A DNA stretch of 64,000 nt from Vulcanimicrobiaceae bacterium (GTDB lineage: Bacteria; Acidobacteriota; Terriglobia; Acidiferrales; UBA7541): contig DATJRU010000158.1 of the NCBI GenBank assembly GCA_035504455.1, forward strand, positions 5,600 through 69,599, read 5' to 3'. The translations under genes and the position numbers were made by a program. Shown one piece after another: positions 55,844 through 64,000 of the stretch (the first letter of the stretch is position 1; every line of letters begins with the position of its first letter). The notes beneath the pieces were generated by a model. The model was not told where the DNA came from. It saw nothing but the letters and a program-made list of their open reading frames with translations, and made no database searches.

Positions 55844-58297
55844 ATGTCCACAGAGACGCGAATTCCGAATGCTAATCCGGCGATTGTGCCGGTTGAAGGG
55901 CCGGTAGCCGCCAGTGCGGTGAAGAGGGATTCTTCAGCCGACGAAGACCAAAACCGTCGGCTTCAGGATGACGGCGCTGGCCGAGGGACGAGCAGTGACT
56001 CGGCGCGAGTGGAGACCAGTGCGAACCCGTATGGGCCTAACAACGAGCAACTGCCGGAGCGGTTGCAGGAAGCGCTGCGGCGGCTCGTGTTCCAGTTCTC
56101 GACCGAGTCGGAACTTTCGCGGCGGCAGGAAATCCGGCGAATCAAGCAGGCGCACCAATTCTGGCGCGGACTGCAATACCTGTGGTGGGACGAGCGCGAC
56201 CAGAACTGGCACCTGCCGTTCGAGCAGAAGCTGATGGACAACAGCTCGCTCGAGGACATGCCGCGATACGAATTCGTCACGAACATTTATCAGGCGTTCG
56301 GGCTTTCGATCATTTCGGTGCTGTCGCAGGATGTGCCGCGGGTGCGGTTTTTCCCTTCGTCGGCGCAGGCGGAGGAGGATGTGGCTGCGGCCAAGGCGGC
56401 GACGGAAGTGGCGCAGCTTGTCGAGCGGAACAATCGCATCGGGAATTTGATCGTGGACGAGGCGTTTCACCTGTGGACTGGCGGGAAGGTTGGGGCTTAC
56501 GTGCGGTTCGTGGTCGACGGGCAGCGATTCGGATTTCATCCCGAGACGGAGGTCGGGATGAGGGAAGTGAAGATCGGCAGCGACTCGTATGTTTGTCCAG
56601 AATGCGGGGGGGAGACGGAAGGAGGGGCGAGGGATGAGGGACGCGGGACGAGGGAAGGAAGGAATACGGCTGGCGGCCACGATGCGCAGCGCGTCGCGGC
56701 GACGTGCGCGCAGTGTGGGGCGTCGCTGAGTGAGGAGGATTTTGTTGCGGCGGAGACGGTGACGGTGCCGGCGGCGCAGACGCGGTTGCGCGTTGCAAAC
56801 GGCGAAGAAGTGGTGACGATTGCGGGCGGGCTCGAGCTGAAGACACCGCCTTGGGCGAATGAGATGCATGAGTATCCGTACCTGCAATGGAACATGGAGG
56901 TGCACCAGGCGCGACTGCGCGCTGCCTATCCGCACGCGGCGGACAAGATCGGACCGCCGGTGGCGACCTCGATGCAGGAGTACGAGCGGCTTGCGCGGCT
57001 GGCGCAATCGCAGGGTGGGCCGCTGACCGAGGGCGGCGACTTCAACATCAACCTGATTACATTCCAGCGGACGTGGCTACGGCCGTGGGCGTTTTTCGCG
57101 CTGGACGACAAGTCGCTGCGGGACGAATTGCTGCAGCTCTTTCCGGATGGCGCGTACGTGGCGTTTGCCGGGGACGCTTACTGCGAATCGCGAAACGAAA
57201 ACATGGACGACCACTGGCGGGTGCTGCATGCGCTGCCGGGAGATGGATCGAGCGGGCGGCCGGCGCTTGGAGATGTCCTGATCAGCGTGCAGGAGCGTTT
57301 CAATACACTTTCGAATTTGCAGATCGAGACCTACGAATACGGGATCCCGCCCATTTACGCGGACAGCGAAGTGCTCGATTTCGATTCGCTGCAAAACCAA
57401 ACCGCGGAACCCGGGGCACACTACCCGGCGCGCGCGAAGGCGGGTCAATCGTTGGCGGCAGGATTCTTTCAGCCGGAGCCGGCGCAGGTGCCTCCGGACT
57501 TGGCCGAACACGCCGCTAGCTTGATGGGGCCGATCGCGCAGTTCCTGACGGGAGCATTTCCGGCGCTTTTCGGCGGGGCGATGGCGAACAACGACACGGC
57601 CGCGGGATATTCGATGGCACGCGATCAGGCGATGGGGCGCATCGGGCTCGTGTGGCGGCGAATGAAGTTCTTCCATGCGGACGTGATGCTGCTGGCGGTC
57701 GATTGCTTCCGGCAAAACCGGCCGAACGACGTGGAGGTGACGCTGCTGGGCGCAGGGGCGGCGTTCGAATCGAAATGGATTCGACTGGCGGACTTGAAAG
57801 GCAACCTCTTCAGCTATCCGGAGACCGACGAGCAGTACCCGACGCTATGGTCGCAGCAGCGCGCGGTGATGATGCAGTTGCTCGCAAACCCCGATCCGCA
57901 GATCCAAGCCGTGCTCGGGCATCCGGAAAACATGGCACTGCTGAAACGGCTGATCGGGCTCGAGGAGTTCGTGATTCCGGACGAGGAATCGCGAACGAAG
58001 CAGTACCGAGAAATCGCCCAGATGGTAGGCGAAACGCCGGTGGTCCAACGGGACGATGCGACGGGCGTGGAGTTGCTGCTGCCGACGATCGTGCCGGACG
58101 AATTCGCGGACAACCATGCGGTGGAACTCGAGATTTGCATGCGATGGTTTTCGTCCGATGCAGGGCAGGTGGCGAAGATCGAAGCGCCGGCAGGATATGC
58201 GAACGTCCGGGCACATGCGATGTTTCACCGCGAGTACATGCTGAAACAGCAGCGAGAGGCACAACAGCAGGCAGCGGCGTTGACGCCGCCTCGGTAG
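55844..58297 (+). CDS. putative phage portal protein with an internal Cys4 zinc-ribbon insertion
   Basis: 817 aa, the largest ORF between terL and scaffold/capsid. Assigned by size and position only. CPECGG...CAQCG lies at about 56594-56716. Confidence 0.5.
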   Translation: MSTETRIPNANPAIVPVEGPVAASAVKRDSSADEDQNRRLQDDGAGRGTSSDSARVETSANPYGPNNEQLPERLQEALRRLVFQFSTESELSRRQEIRRIKQAHQFWRGLQYLWWDERDQNWHLPFEQKLMDNSSLEDMPRYEFVTNIYQAFGLSIISVLSQDVPRVRFFPSSAQAEEDVAAAKAATEVAQLVERNNRIGNLIVDEAFHLWTGGKVGAYVRFVVDGQRFGFHPETEVGMREVKIGSDSYVCPECGGETEGGARDEGRGTREGRNTAGGHDAQRVAATCAQCGASLSEEDFVAAETVTVPAAQTRLRVANGEEVVTIAGGLELKTPPWANEMHEYPYLQWNMEVHQARLRAAYPHAADKIGPPVATSMQEYERLARLAQSQGGPLTEGGDFNINLITFQRTWLRPWAFFALDDKSLRDELLQLFPDGAYVAFAGDAYCESRNENMDDHWRVLHALPGDGSSGRPALGDVLISVQERFNTLSNLQIETYEYGIPPIYADSEVLDFDSLQNQTAEPGAHYPARAKAGQSLAAGFFQPEPAQVPPDLAEHAASLMGPIAQFLTGAFPALFGGAMANNDTAAGYSMARDQAMGRIGLVWRRMKFFHADVMLLAVDCFRQNRPNDVEVTLLGAGAAFESKWIRLADLKGNLFSYPETDEQYPTLWSQQRAVMMQLLANPDPQIQAVLGHPENMALLKRLIGLEEFVIPDEESRTKQYREIAQMVGETPVVQRDDATGVELLLPTIVPDEFADNHAVELEICMRWFSSDAGQVAKIEAPAGYANVRAHAMFHREYMLKQQREAQQQAAALTPPR

Positions 58298-58497
58298 GTT
58301 TCGGCTGGGCCGAGAGGAAAGACGGCGAGGCAAGCCTTGCCGCGATGCGGCGGTGCCGAGACACCGCACTCTGGGGCGAGGAGATTATTGGGCATGCCGG
58401 GGAACGCTCACAGGCATACTTGTTGCGCGCTACGAACACCGTGGTTTTGGAGAGAGCGGGGGGCTGGGGCCCGCTCTCAGGTCCGGCGTACGACGGT

Positions 58498-59343
58498 CTA
58501 GAGGGTGCGGTCGACGCCGCCGGAGACGCGCGCGCCGTAAAAGCTCCTGGTGACCGGGGGCGGAGCGACGAGCCGGACGACGTGGGCGAGGCGCTCGGGC
58601 TGGAATGGCTTGGCCATGCACACGACGGCGCCCATCTGGTGGCTGGCGGTGTAGTCGGCGGGTTGGGCCGAGCGCGTGAGCAGGATGACCGGAACCCGCT
58701 GAAGGCGTTCGTTGCGCTTGACGATGGCGCAGAGGTCGTGGCCGGAGATTTCTTCCGACTCAACTTCGGCGATGAAAACGTCCGGAACGTTGCCGCGGAG
58801 AAATTCGAGGGCTTCGTTGGCGGTTTTCACGACGACGAGAGTGTAGCCGTCCTGGCTGAGGGTGTTGCGCATCATGTCCGCAACACGAGCGTCGGATTCC
58901 AGCGCAAGAACGACTGACTGACGCTGCTCCCTGGCGGGCCCACCTGAGCTGGCGTAGCCGCGCTTCCCGTCGCCGCCGGAGTCCACTTTTGCCTTCATGA
59001 ACTGGACGGCAATGGCGAATTTCCCTTCCTGCGGGCCGACGCGGACGATTTCAGCCGGCTGGGATTGATTGAGGGCGTTTGGGCCGGGAGAGTATGGAAA
59101 CGTGACGTCGAGCATTTGGCCCTCGGCGTAACCGGGGCGCGAGGCGATAAAAAAAAGGCCGTCCCGCGAGACGTCGATGGTGGTGCAGATTTCTTCCAGG
59201 CCTTCCGGAGAGTTCGTGGGCTGGATGCGGAGTTGAGCGCTGATCTTGGCGCGACGGCGCCGACGGCGTTCGATTCCATTGGGAGCCGGGCCGGATGATC
59301 CTGTGGTCTTGCCTTTTGCGGGGACGACGGTCGTCAAACTCAT
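58498..59343 (-). CDS. PilZ domain + CheY-like receiver (Glu at phospho-acceptor position) protein, copy 2
   Basis: 281 aa. RRRRRRAKISAQLRI...TIDVSRDG (PilZ RxxxR / DxSxxG). Receiver VVLALESD...DVFIAEVESEEISGHDL...VILLTRS...VCMAKP. Paralog of the 35672-36658 product. Confidence 0.75.
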   Translation of the reverse strand: MSLTTVVPAKGKTTGSSGPAPNGIERRRRRRAKISAQLRIQPTNSPEGLEEICTTIDVSRDGLFFIASRPGYAEGQMLDVTFPYSPGPNALNQSQPAEIVRVGPQEGKFAIAVQFMKAKVDSGGDGKRGYASSGGPAREQRQSVVLALESDARVADMMRNTLSQDGYTLVVVKTANEALEFLRGNVPDVFIAEVESEEISGHDLCAIVKRNERLQRVPVILLTRSAQPADYTASHQMGAVVCMAKPFQPERLAHVVRLVAPPPVTRSFYGARVSGGVDRTL

Positions 59344-59506
59344 TCACCACCTCAGAGGATTCACGGGGGCGACGCACCTAGGCTGTCGGGCTGGGCGTTG
59401 GGAGGGGTTCCCCGCTAAAGAGAGATTCGCAGAAGGCGGCGGCGAGGGAAATAGTACCTTGGTGCCAATCTGAATCGGGGTAGTTTGCGCGTAAACACGC
59501 GAGTGA

Positions 59507-60637
59507 TTGGAGGGTTTGTCGATGGCAGGGACGCAGACATTGGCGCACGAAAACGCAGCAGGCGCTTCGGCTGCGAAGCGTTCGGAGCCAAACAAGCCGG
59601 CCCGCGAGGCAGCGCGCAGGGCGGCAACTGACGATGAGATCCTGGGGATCGGGTCCGAGTCGACGGACGGGCCGGCCGCCGCGGCGACCGACTCCGATTC
59701 CGGTTCGCGGGGGCCAGGGGCGGAGGCTGAGGCGACAGGCGCTGCTCTCGAGCCGGAGAATCTTCGCGTGGCATTCGCTGAGAATCCCGAATTGCGCGAG
59801 GCGTGGCGGGACGCGCAGGCTTATCGTGAGGCGTTTGCGACACCGGATGAGGCCCGCGCGGCGACGGAACTGCTCGTGGATCTGAATCACATGGATGCGC
59901 TGTTTTTTTCGCGGCGTCCAGAGGACCATGCCGCGCTTGCCAGGAGCGTGGCGGAGCTCGATCCGACTGCGTTTGCGTCGCTTGCGAAGGCTATGGGCGA
60001 ATTGGCCACCGAGACGCAGAGGCACCGAGAGGATTTCGCGGCAGGGAAAGGCTCGGCACCGGAAACGGCGGGCGACCGTGGCGCGGCAGAATCGCCGTCG
60101 AGCACAACGGCCGTTACGACCGGCGCCAAGCCCCGAGCGGCGGAGGGCGCTACCGCCGCGCAGGAGGAGTTTTTTCACGCGACGAACGCTGCGGCGGTGC
60201 AGACCGTACTCGACTCGATCGAGGCACAAGTGGAACGGCTGCTGCCGGAAGGTGCGTCGAAGAACACGCGGAACCGCGTGGTGGGCGAGATTTATCGAGA
60301 GCTGGACAATACGCTGCGGTCCAATCGAGAGCTGGCGCGGCAGATGCGAGAGGCGTTCCGGTCGGGAGCGCTTGATGCCGAGCACCAGCGGGCGATTGTT
60401 TCGTTGATTGCGGGGCGCGCGCGGCAGGCGCTGCCGGGCGTGGCGAAGCGCGTGCTTAACGAATGGACCTCGACCGTGCTGGCGACACACACGGACCGGC
60501 GAGCACGCCAGCGCGCGGCAGAGGGGCGCGTCGACATCGCGGGATCCAATCGCACAGGAAGCGAGAACCGGAAACAGATGACGCCGCGCGACATCGACTA
60601 CGCGCGCATGTCGGACGCCGATATTCTGAATCTCTAG
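59507..60637 (+). CDS. putative scaffolding protein
   Basis: 376 aa, acidic, Ala/Glu/Arg-rich and helical-looking, immediately upstream of the capsid gene. Alternative start at 59522. Assigned by position only. Confidence 0.4.
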   Translation: MEGLSMAGTQTLAHENAAGASAAKRSEPNKPAREAARRAATDDEILGIGSESTDGPAAAATDSDSGSRGPGAEAEATGAALEPENLRVAFAENPELREAWRDAQAYREAFATPDEARAATELLVDLNHMDALFFSRRPEDHAALARSVAELDPTAFASLAKAMGELATETQRHREDFAAGKGSAPETAGDRGAAESPSSTTAVTTGAKPRAAEGATAAQEEFFHATNAAAVQTVLDSIEAQVERLLPEGASKNTRNRVVGEIYRELDNTLRSNRELARQMREAFRSGALDAEHQRAIVSLIAGRARQALPGVAKRVLNEWTSTVLATHTDRRARQRAAEGRVDIAGSNRTGSENRKQMTPRDIDYARMSDADILNL

Positions 60638-60759
60638 CAGATCCGCGACGCAATTTTCTACGCCTGTTTTCACGTCCGAGGAGGACATCCAGCAACAGAA
60701 ATCATTCGACGGTGCGATTGTGTGGTTAGCGCCGTCATTCCAAGGGGGAATTCAATCCA

Positions 60760-62034
60760 ATGGCACAGATGCAGAACGCCCAATCGGTTGCGCTGCAACT
60801 CGAGAAGGTGCGAGACAAACTTCCCTTGCTCTACGAGCGAGACGATATCCTGCTGACGATGATCCAGCAGCGCGGGGACGTGGAGCGCGTCAGCTCGCGC
60901 AACATGCGCCTTCCACTGCAGATTCGTCCGGGAGGCAAGGCGGGCCTGGCGAACATGGACGGCGGAGACCTCGGGCGCGGGTCGGGGACGATTTACGACG
61001 TGGCGCAGGTGACACCGGTGTTTTTCCGGCACGCGGTGGAAATCACGAAGCTGGTGGAATATGCATCGAACGCTCCCGAGAAGGCCATCGAGAACGCGGC
61101 CAAGCGAGAAGTGAAGAACGCAATGGTGCAGTTCCGGTCGTTTCTCGACAAGGTGATGCAGACGAACGGCAACGGCGTGCTTGGGACGATCAGCTCGATT
61201 ACGACGAGCGGGTTGCCCTCCGGTGTAGCGGCGCAGTTCACGATGGCGAAGCCGCCGGGGGCGCAGCTTTTCTACTACAACCAAACGATTCAGGTATACG
61301 ATCCGACGCTGACGACCAACCGGGGCTCGGCGAATATTTTGCTGGTCGATCCGTTTAATTCACTGATTCAGGTGGACGGGCTGCCGACGGGAACGAGCGC
61401 GAACGACCTGATCGTGCATGACGGACTCACCGGGGCACAGCCCGTTTCGCTCTTCGGCATTCTCTATCACCAGACGAACGCGACGACGGGTACTTGGCTC
61501 AACTTGAACCGGGCGACATATCCGGTGGAGCTGGCCACGCCGCGGGTTAACGGCAATAACTCCGCGATCACGCCTGGTGCTGTGCGGCTGGCTATCAACA
61601 AGGTGCGGAAGTCCTTGGGCACGAACCAGGTGAGCAAGCTGATCGCCTACACGTCGCTCGAACAGGAGCATCAGTGGGAGCAGCTCGGCGTCACAATTTC
61701 GCAAATCATCAAGGAAGGAGCAGGCGGACGCGCAAGCGATCTCGATCTGCTCTTCACGGGCGAAAAGTCGATGGCGGGAGTGCCGATCAAGTCGAGCATC
61801 AATGCGAATCAATCGCGGATCGACTTCCTCGATCTCTCGCACTGGGGCCGTGCCGTGATGCAGGACATCGACTTCTACGATGTCGGCGGGCAAACGGTGT
61901 TTCCGATTTACGGCGCAAGCGGCGGGCTGGCGTCGGCGTATATCTTCTACTTCGTCACGGGCTTCCAGGTTTGGAATGAGTCGCCGCGGTCGGGCGCCTA
62001 CATCGACAACCTGGCGATTCCGACCGGGTACTAG
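60760..62034 (+). CDS. putative major capsid protein
   Basis: 424 aa ORF following the scaffold-like gene. Its size and position are typical of a major head protein. No motif-level confirmation is possible here. Confidence 0.55.
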   Translation: MAQMQNAQSVALQLEKVRDKLPLLYERDDILLTMIQQRGDVERVSSRNMRLPLQIRPGGKAGLANMDGGDLGRGSGTIYDVAQVTPVFFRHAVEITKLVEYASNAPEKAIENAAKREVKNAMVQFRSFLDKVMQTNGNGVLGTISSITTSGLPSGVAAQFTMAKPPGAQLFYYNQTIQVYDPTLTTNRGSANILLVDPFNSLIQVDGLPTGTSANDLIVHDGLTGAQPVSLFGILYHQTNATTGTWLNLNRATYPVELATPRVNGNNSAITPGAVRLAINKVRKSLGTNQVSKLIAYTSLEQEHQWEQLGVTISQIIKEGAGGRASDLDLLFTGEKSMAGVPIKSSINANQSRIDFLDLSHWGRAVMQDIDFYDVGGQTVFPIYGASGGLASAYIFYFVTGFQVWNESPRSGAYIDNLAIPTGY

Positions 62035-62232
62035 CTTCTGACTTCGTAGCGGCGGCCTTCGGCGTGCTGGAGTCCGCCGCTGCGAAGCGAATCCCGAATT
62101 GCCGGCGGCAAGAGGGTATCTTGGCGTACGGCCCGGGAAGAGAGGCCATCAGCGTGGTTGACGCATGTCGCGGACAGGTCTAGTATCGCGGGAAGCAGGG
62201 AGTTCGCGGCAGAATCGGCGTTGGAGGTCACT

Positions 62233-62748
62233 ATGAAGATGCTCCTCGCGGTGGCGACTCTGTTTTTCGCAATGGCTTTGGGTGCTCCGGCGTCGCGCGC
62301 ACAGGATGACGCGGCCCTGGCCGATCCCGCACTGGTCGCAGAGGCCGCTACACCCGTACAGACGATCTCGGCCGCCGAAGTCCTGCGCATGATGCAGGAC
62401 AAAGATGCGAAGTTTGCACTTGTCGATACGCAGCCAGTGGACGGCTATGCGGATGGACACATTCCCGGAGCGATCAGCTATCCGTGGGCGATGCAGATCA
62501 AGTCTTTCCCCATCCCGCTGCCGCGCGACCGGGTACTGATCTTCTACGGCTCCTGCCCCAACGATACGAGCGACACCGTCAAGAAGCTTGCCGAGTTCGG
62601 CTACTTCAACGTGAAGGTGATGGACGGTGGCTGGTACAAGTGGCTGGAACTGAAGTATCCGAGGACCAATTCCGCGAAGGACTCTTCGCCGGACCTGTCG
62701 CAGCTGACGGGTTCGCGCGCCAGCAGCGCCAAGGCAGTTTCCCGATAA
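62233..62748 (+). CDS. secreted rhodanese-domain protein
   Basis: From ORF 62158..62748. ATG at 62233 after GGAGG. Signal peptide MKMLLAVATLFFAMALGAPASRAQ. FALVDTQPVDGYADGHIPGAISYP...VLIFYGSCPNDTS carries the rhodanese active-site Cys loop. Confidence 0.75.
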   Translation: MKMLLAVATLFFAMALGAPASRAQDDAALADPALVAEAATPVQTISAAEVLRMMQDKDAKFALVDTQPVDGYADGHIPGAISYPWAMQIKSFPIPLPRDRVLIFYGSCPNDTSDTVKKLAEFGYFNVKVMDGGWYKWLELKYPRTNSAKDSSPDLSQLTGSRASSAKAVSR

Positions 62749-62750
62749 AC

Positions 62751-63332
62751 CTAGTTTGCAGGCGGATGTTCGGCTTCAATTTTGGCGTAATTTAGGCGCA
62801 GCTGTTCCATAGGTGCGTCGGTGGATCCATTTGTGCCGCCGCCACGAATTGAGATGACGGTTGCGTCGGTCAACTTGTAGCGAGCGGTGGCCTCGCCACC
62901 ATTCGTAAGCACGATTTCGACTTCCCGGAAATGCTGGTGGCTGGTCATAGCGCCCAGCAGGCCTAAGGACGACATATCCCGGTCCTTGATGATGACAATC
63001 GGCGGGTGAACCGACTTGGCGTCTGTGGAAGTCGAACCGGCATTGGATTCTTTCGCGAGTTGGCTGATTTCTGACGCAGTCGGCAGAGTCACCTGGCGAA
63101 AGGGAATCCAGCCGAAATATGCGGGGTCGGTGGATTCGCCGGCCATTTGACGGCCGCTTGCAGTGACGACTCGCATGTAACCGTTGCCCTGGGCGTAAGC
63201 GGCGGCTCCGGAGAGCGATAACAGTACGGCCGCGAGTGGCAAGATACTGCGACAGGTCGCCACACGCCCCCTTCGAAGCCTGCTTGGCAGGCCCCCTACA
63301 AAGCAGACGCGGCGATTTCGGTTTCCGTGCAT
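62751..63332 (-). CDS. Hcp-fold (T6SS tube protein-like) protein with N-terminal signal peptide
   Basis: From ORF 62751..63632. ATG at 63332 after GGAGGA. ILPLAAVLLSLSGAAAYAQ, then YMRVVTASGRQMAGESTDPAYFGWIPF...IIKDRDMSSLGLLGAM...EQLRLNYAKIEAEH, which parallels the Hcp1 pattern as I remember it. Confidence 0.55.
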   Translation of the reverse strand: MHGNRNRRVCFVGGLPSRLRRGRVATCRSILPLAAVLLSLSGAAAYAQGNGYMRVVTASGRQMAGESTDPAYFGWIPFRQVTLPTASEISQLAKESNAGSTSTDAKSVHPPIVIIKDRDMSSLGLLGAMTSHQHFREVEIVLTNGGEATARYKLTDATVISIRGGGTNGSTDAPMEQLRLNYAKIEAEHPPAN

Positions 63333-63396
63333 CAGTTCCTCCGACGACTCAAGCTCCGGTGATTGTCCTACAGATCGAAGCGCGGGCCATTTTTTC

Positions 63397-63963
63397 GTGA
63401 TTCGAGTGACGCGAGAAACGCACGAGGCGCCGGCCTCCATCCAGCAACGACTGGCGAATGCCGGGGGATTCAACAGATACGGCGAGCCGAATTTTCGCGT
63501 GGTGTGGGGAGGCTCGCGGCTGACGTGGATCGGCGGGCGTTGGGTCGACCGGGACTGCAACGGCAACATTGTCCGAGAAACGATCGAACTTCGGCGCGCG
63601 CCCAAATATATTCCGCTGGAGCGTTGGCACATCGAGCGCTGGGTGCCACCGGAGTTCTACGGCGCGCCCGAGCGATGGTATGCGGACACGGTAGAGATCG
63701 AAGACGGTATTCGCATTCCAGCGCTGGGGCCGTATCCTTCGCGCGGCGAGTACGAACATTGCTTCACGCTCGCGGACGCAAACGGTGAGTTTATGATGCT
63801 GGACGGAGAGGCCTGCGACTGGGTGGTGCGAGCCGTTGAATGGTCGCGGAGCCAGTCGCGAGAAGCCAGGCGGGCCGCGCTTGGCGCGCGCGAATCGCGC
63901 CGCGAACGCAATTTCAATCGCGCGGCCGACGAAATTCTGGAAGATACGTGGTGTAGGTCTTAA
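63397..63963 (+). CDS. hypothetical phage-associated protein
   Basis: 188 aa. NRYGEPNFRVVWGGSRLTWIGGRW...HIERWVPPEFYGAPERW. No family name recalled. Confidence 0.5.
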   Translation: MIRVTRETHEAPASIQQRLANAGGFNRYGEPNFRVVWGGSRLTWIGGRWVDRDCNGNIVRETIELRRAPKYIPLERWHIERWVPPEFYGAPERWYADTVEIEDGIRIPALGPYPSRGEYEHCFTLADANGEFMMLDGEACDWVVRAVEWSRSQSREARRAALGARESRRERNFNRAADEILEDTWCRS

Positions 63964-64000
63964 AACCGATGCACCATCTCGAAAGGATCCCCCTTTGCAC

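Larger units (their letters stand above)
49430..64000 (+). mobile_element. prophage-like head-morphogenesis region (left boundary approximate, right end outside the window)
   Basis: Co-directional large terminase, putative portal, scaffold and capsid genes, plus many small orphan ORFs. No integrase is present in the part visible here. Confidence 0.65.

Overview
This is 64 kb of a high-G+C bacterial chromosome. No searches were run, so every family call rests on motifs I recognise in the supplied translations. The gene content hints at Acidobacteriota: pilMNOPQ with an AMIN-type secretin, many low-complexity secreted proteins, PAS/PilZ/receiver signalling and bacillithiol-type redox genes. That taxonomic guess is inference only.

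**1-30 kb: mostly housekeeping.**
- A trio of secreted proteins, an acyl-CoA dehydrogenase and tRNA-Gly(CCC).
- A MacA/MacB-like efflux pair with no ATPase gene, and a UbiD-family decarboxylase.
- pilM-N-O-P-Q, an M24 aminopeptidase, accB-accC-thiE and two APC permeases.
- A HAMP-PP2C phosphatase, nnr-tsaE, fabI and a large class-III-cyclase-like protein.

**30-49 kb: a mosaic.**
- tRNA-Sec (selC) flanked by short repeats, with an orphan higA-like antitoxin gene next to it.
- A YpdA-like disulfide reductase and, 7 kb further on, a bacilliredoxin.
- A stand-alone nuoI.
- An AT-richer segment at 33.2-34.3 kb with no convincing ORFs, followed by small phage-style regulator genes.
- A PilZ-receiver gene, a dispersed GC-rich repeat family, a PAS kinase/LuxR pair and lgt.

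**49.4 kb to the right edge: a prophage-like head-morphogenesis block.** It holds a large terminase, a putative portal, a scaffold and a capsid gene. It is interrupted by non-phage cargo:
- a second PilZ-receiver paralog, antisense between portal and scaffold;
- a periplasmic rhodanese;
- a signal-peptide-bearing Hcp-fold protein.

I consider this phage-borne PilZ/pseudo-receiver module and the atypical head block the most interesting part of the window. No CRISPR array, rRNA, transposase or reverse transcriptase was seen.
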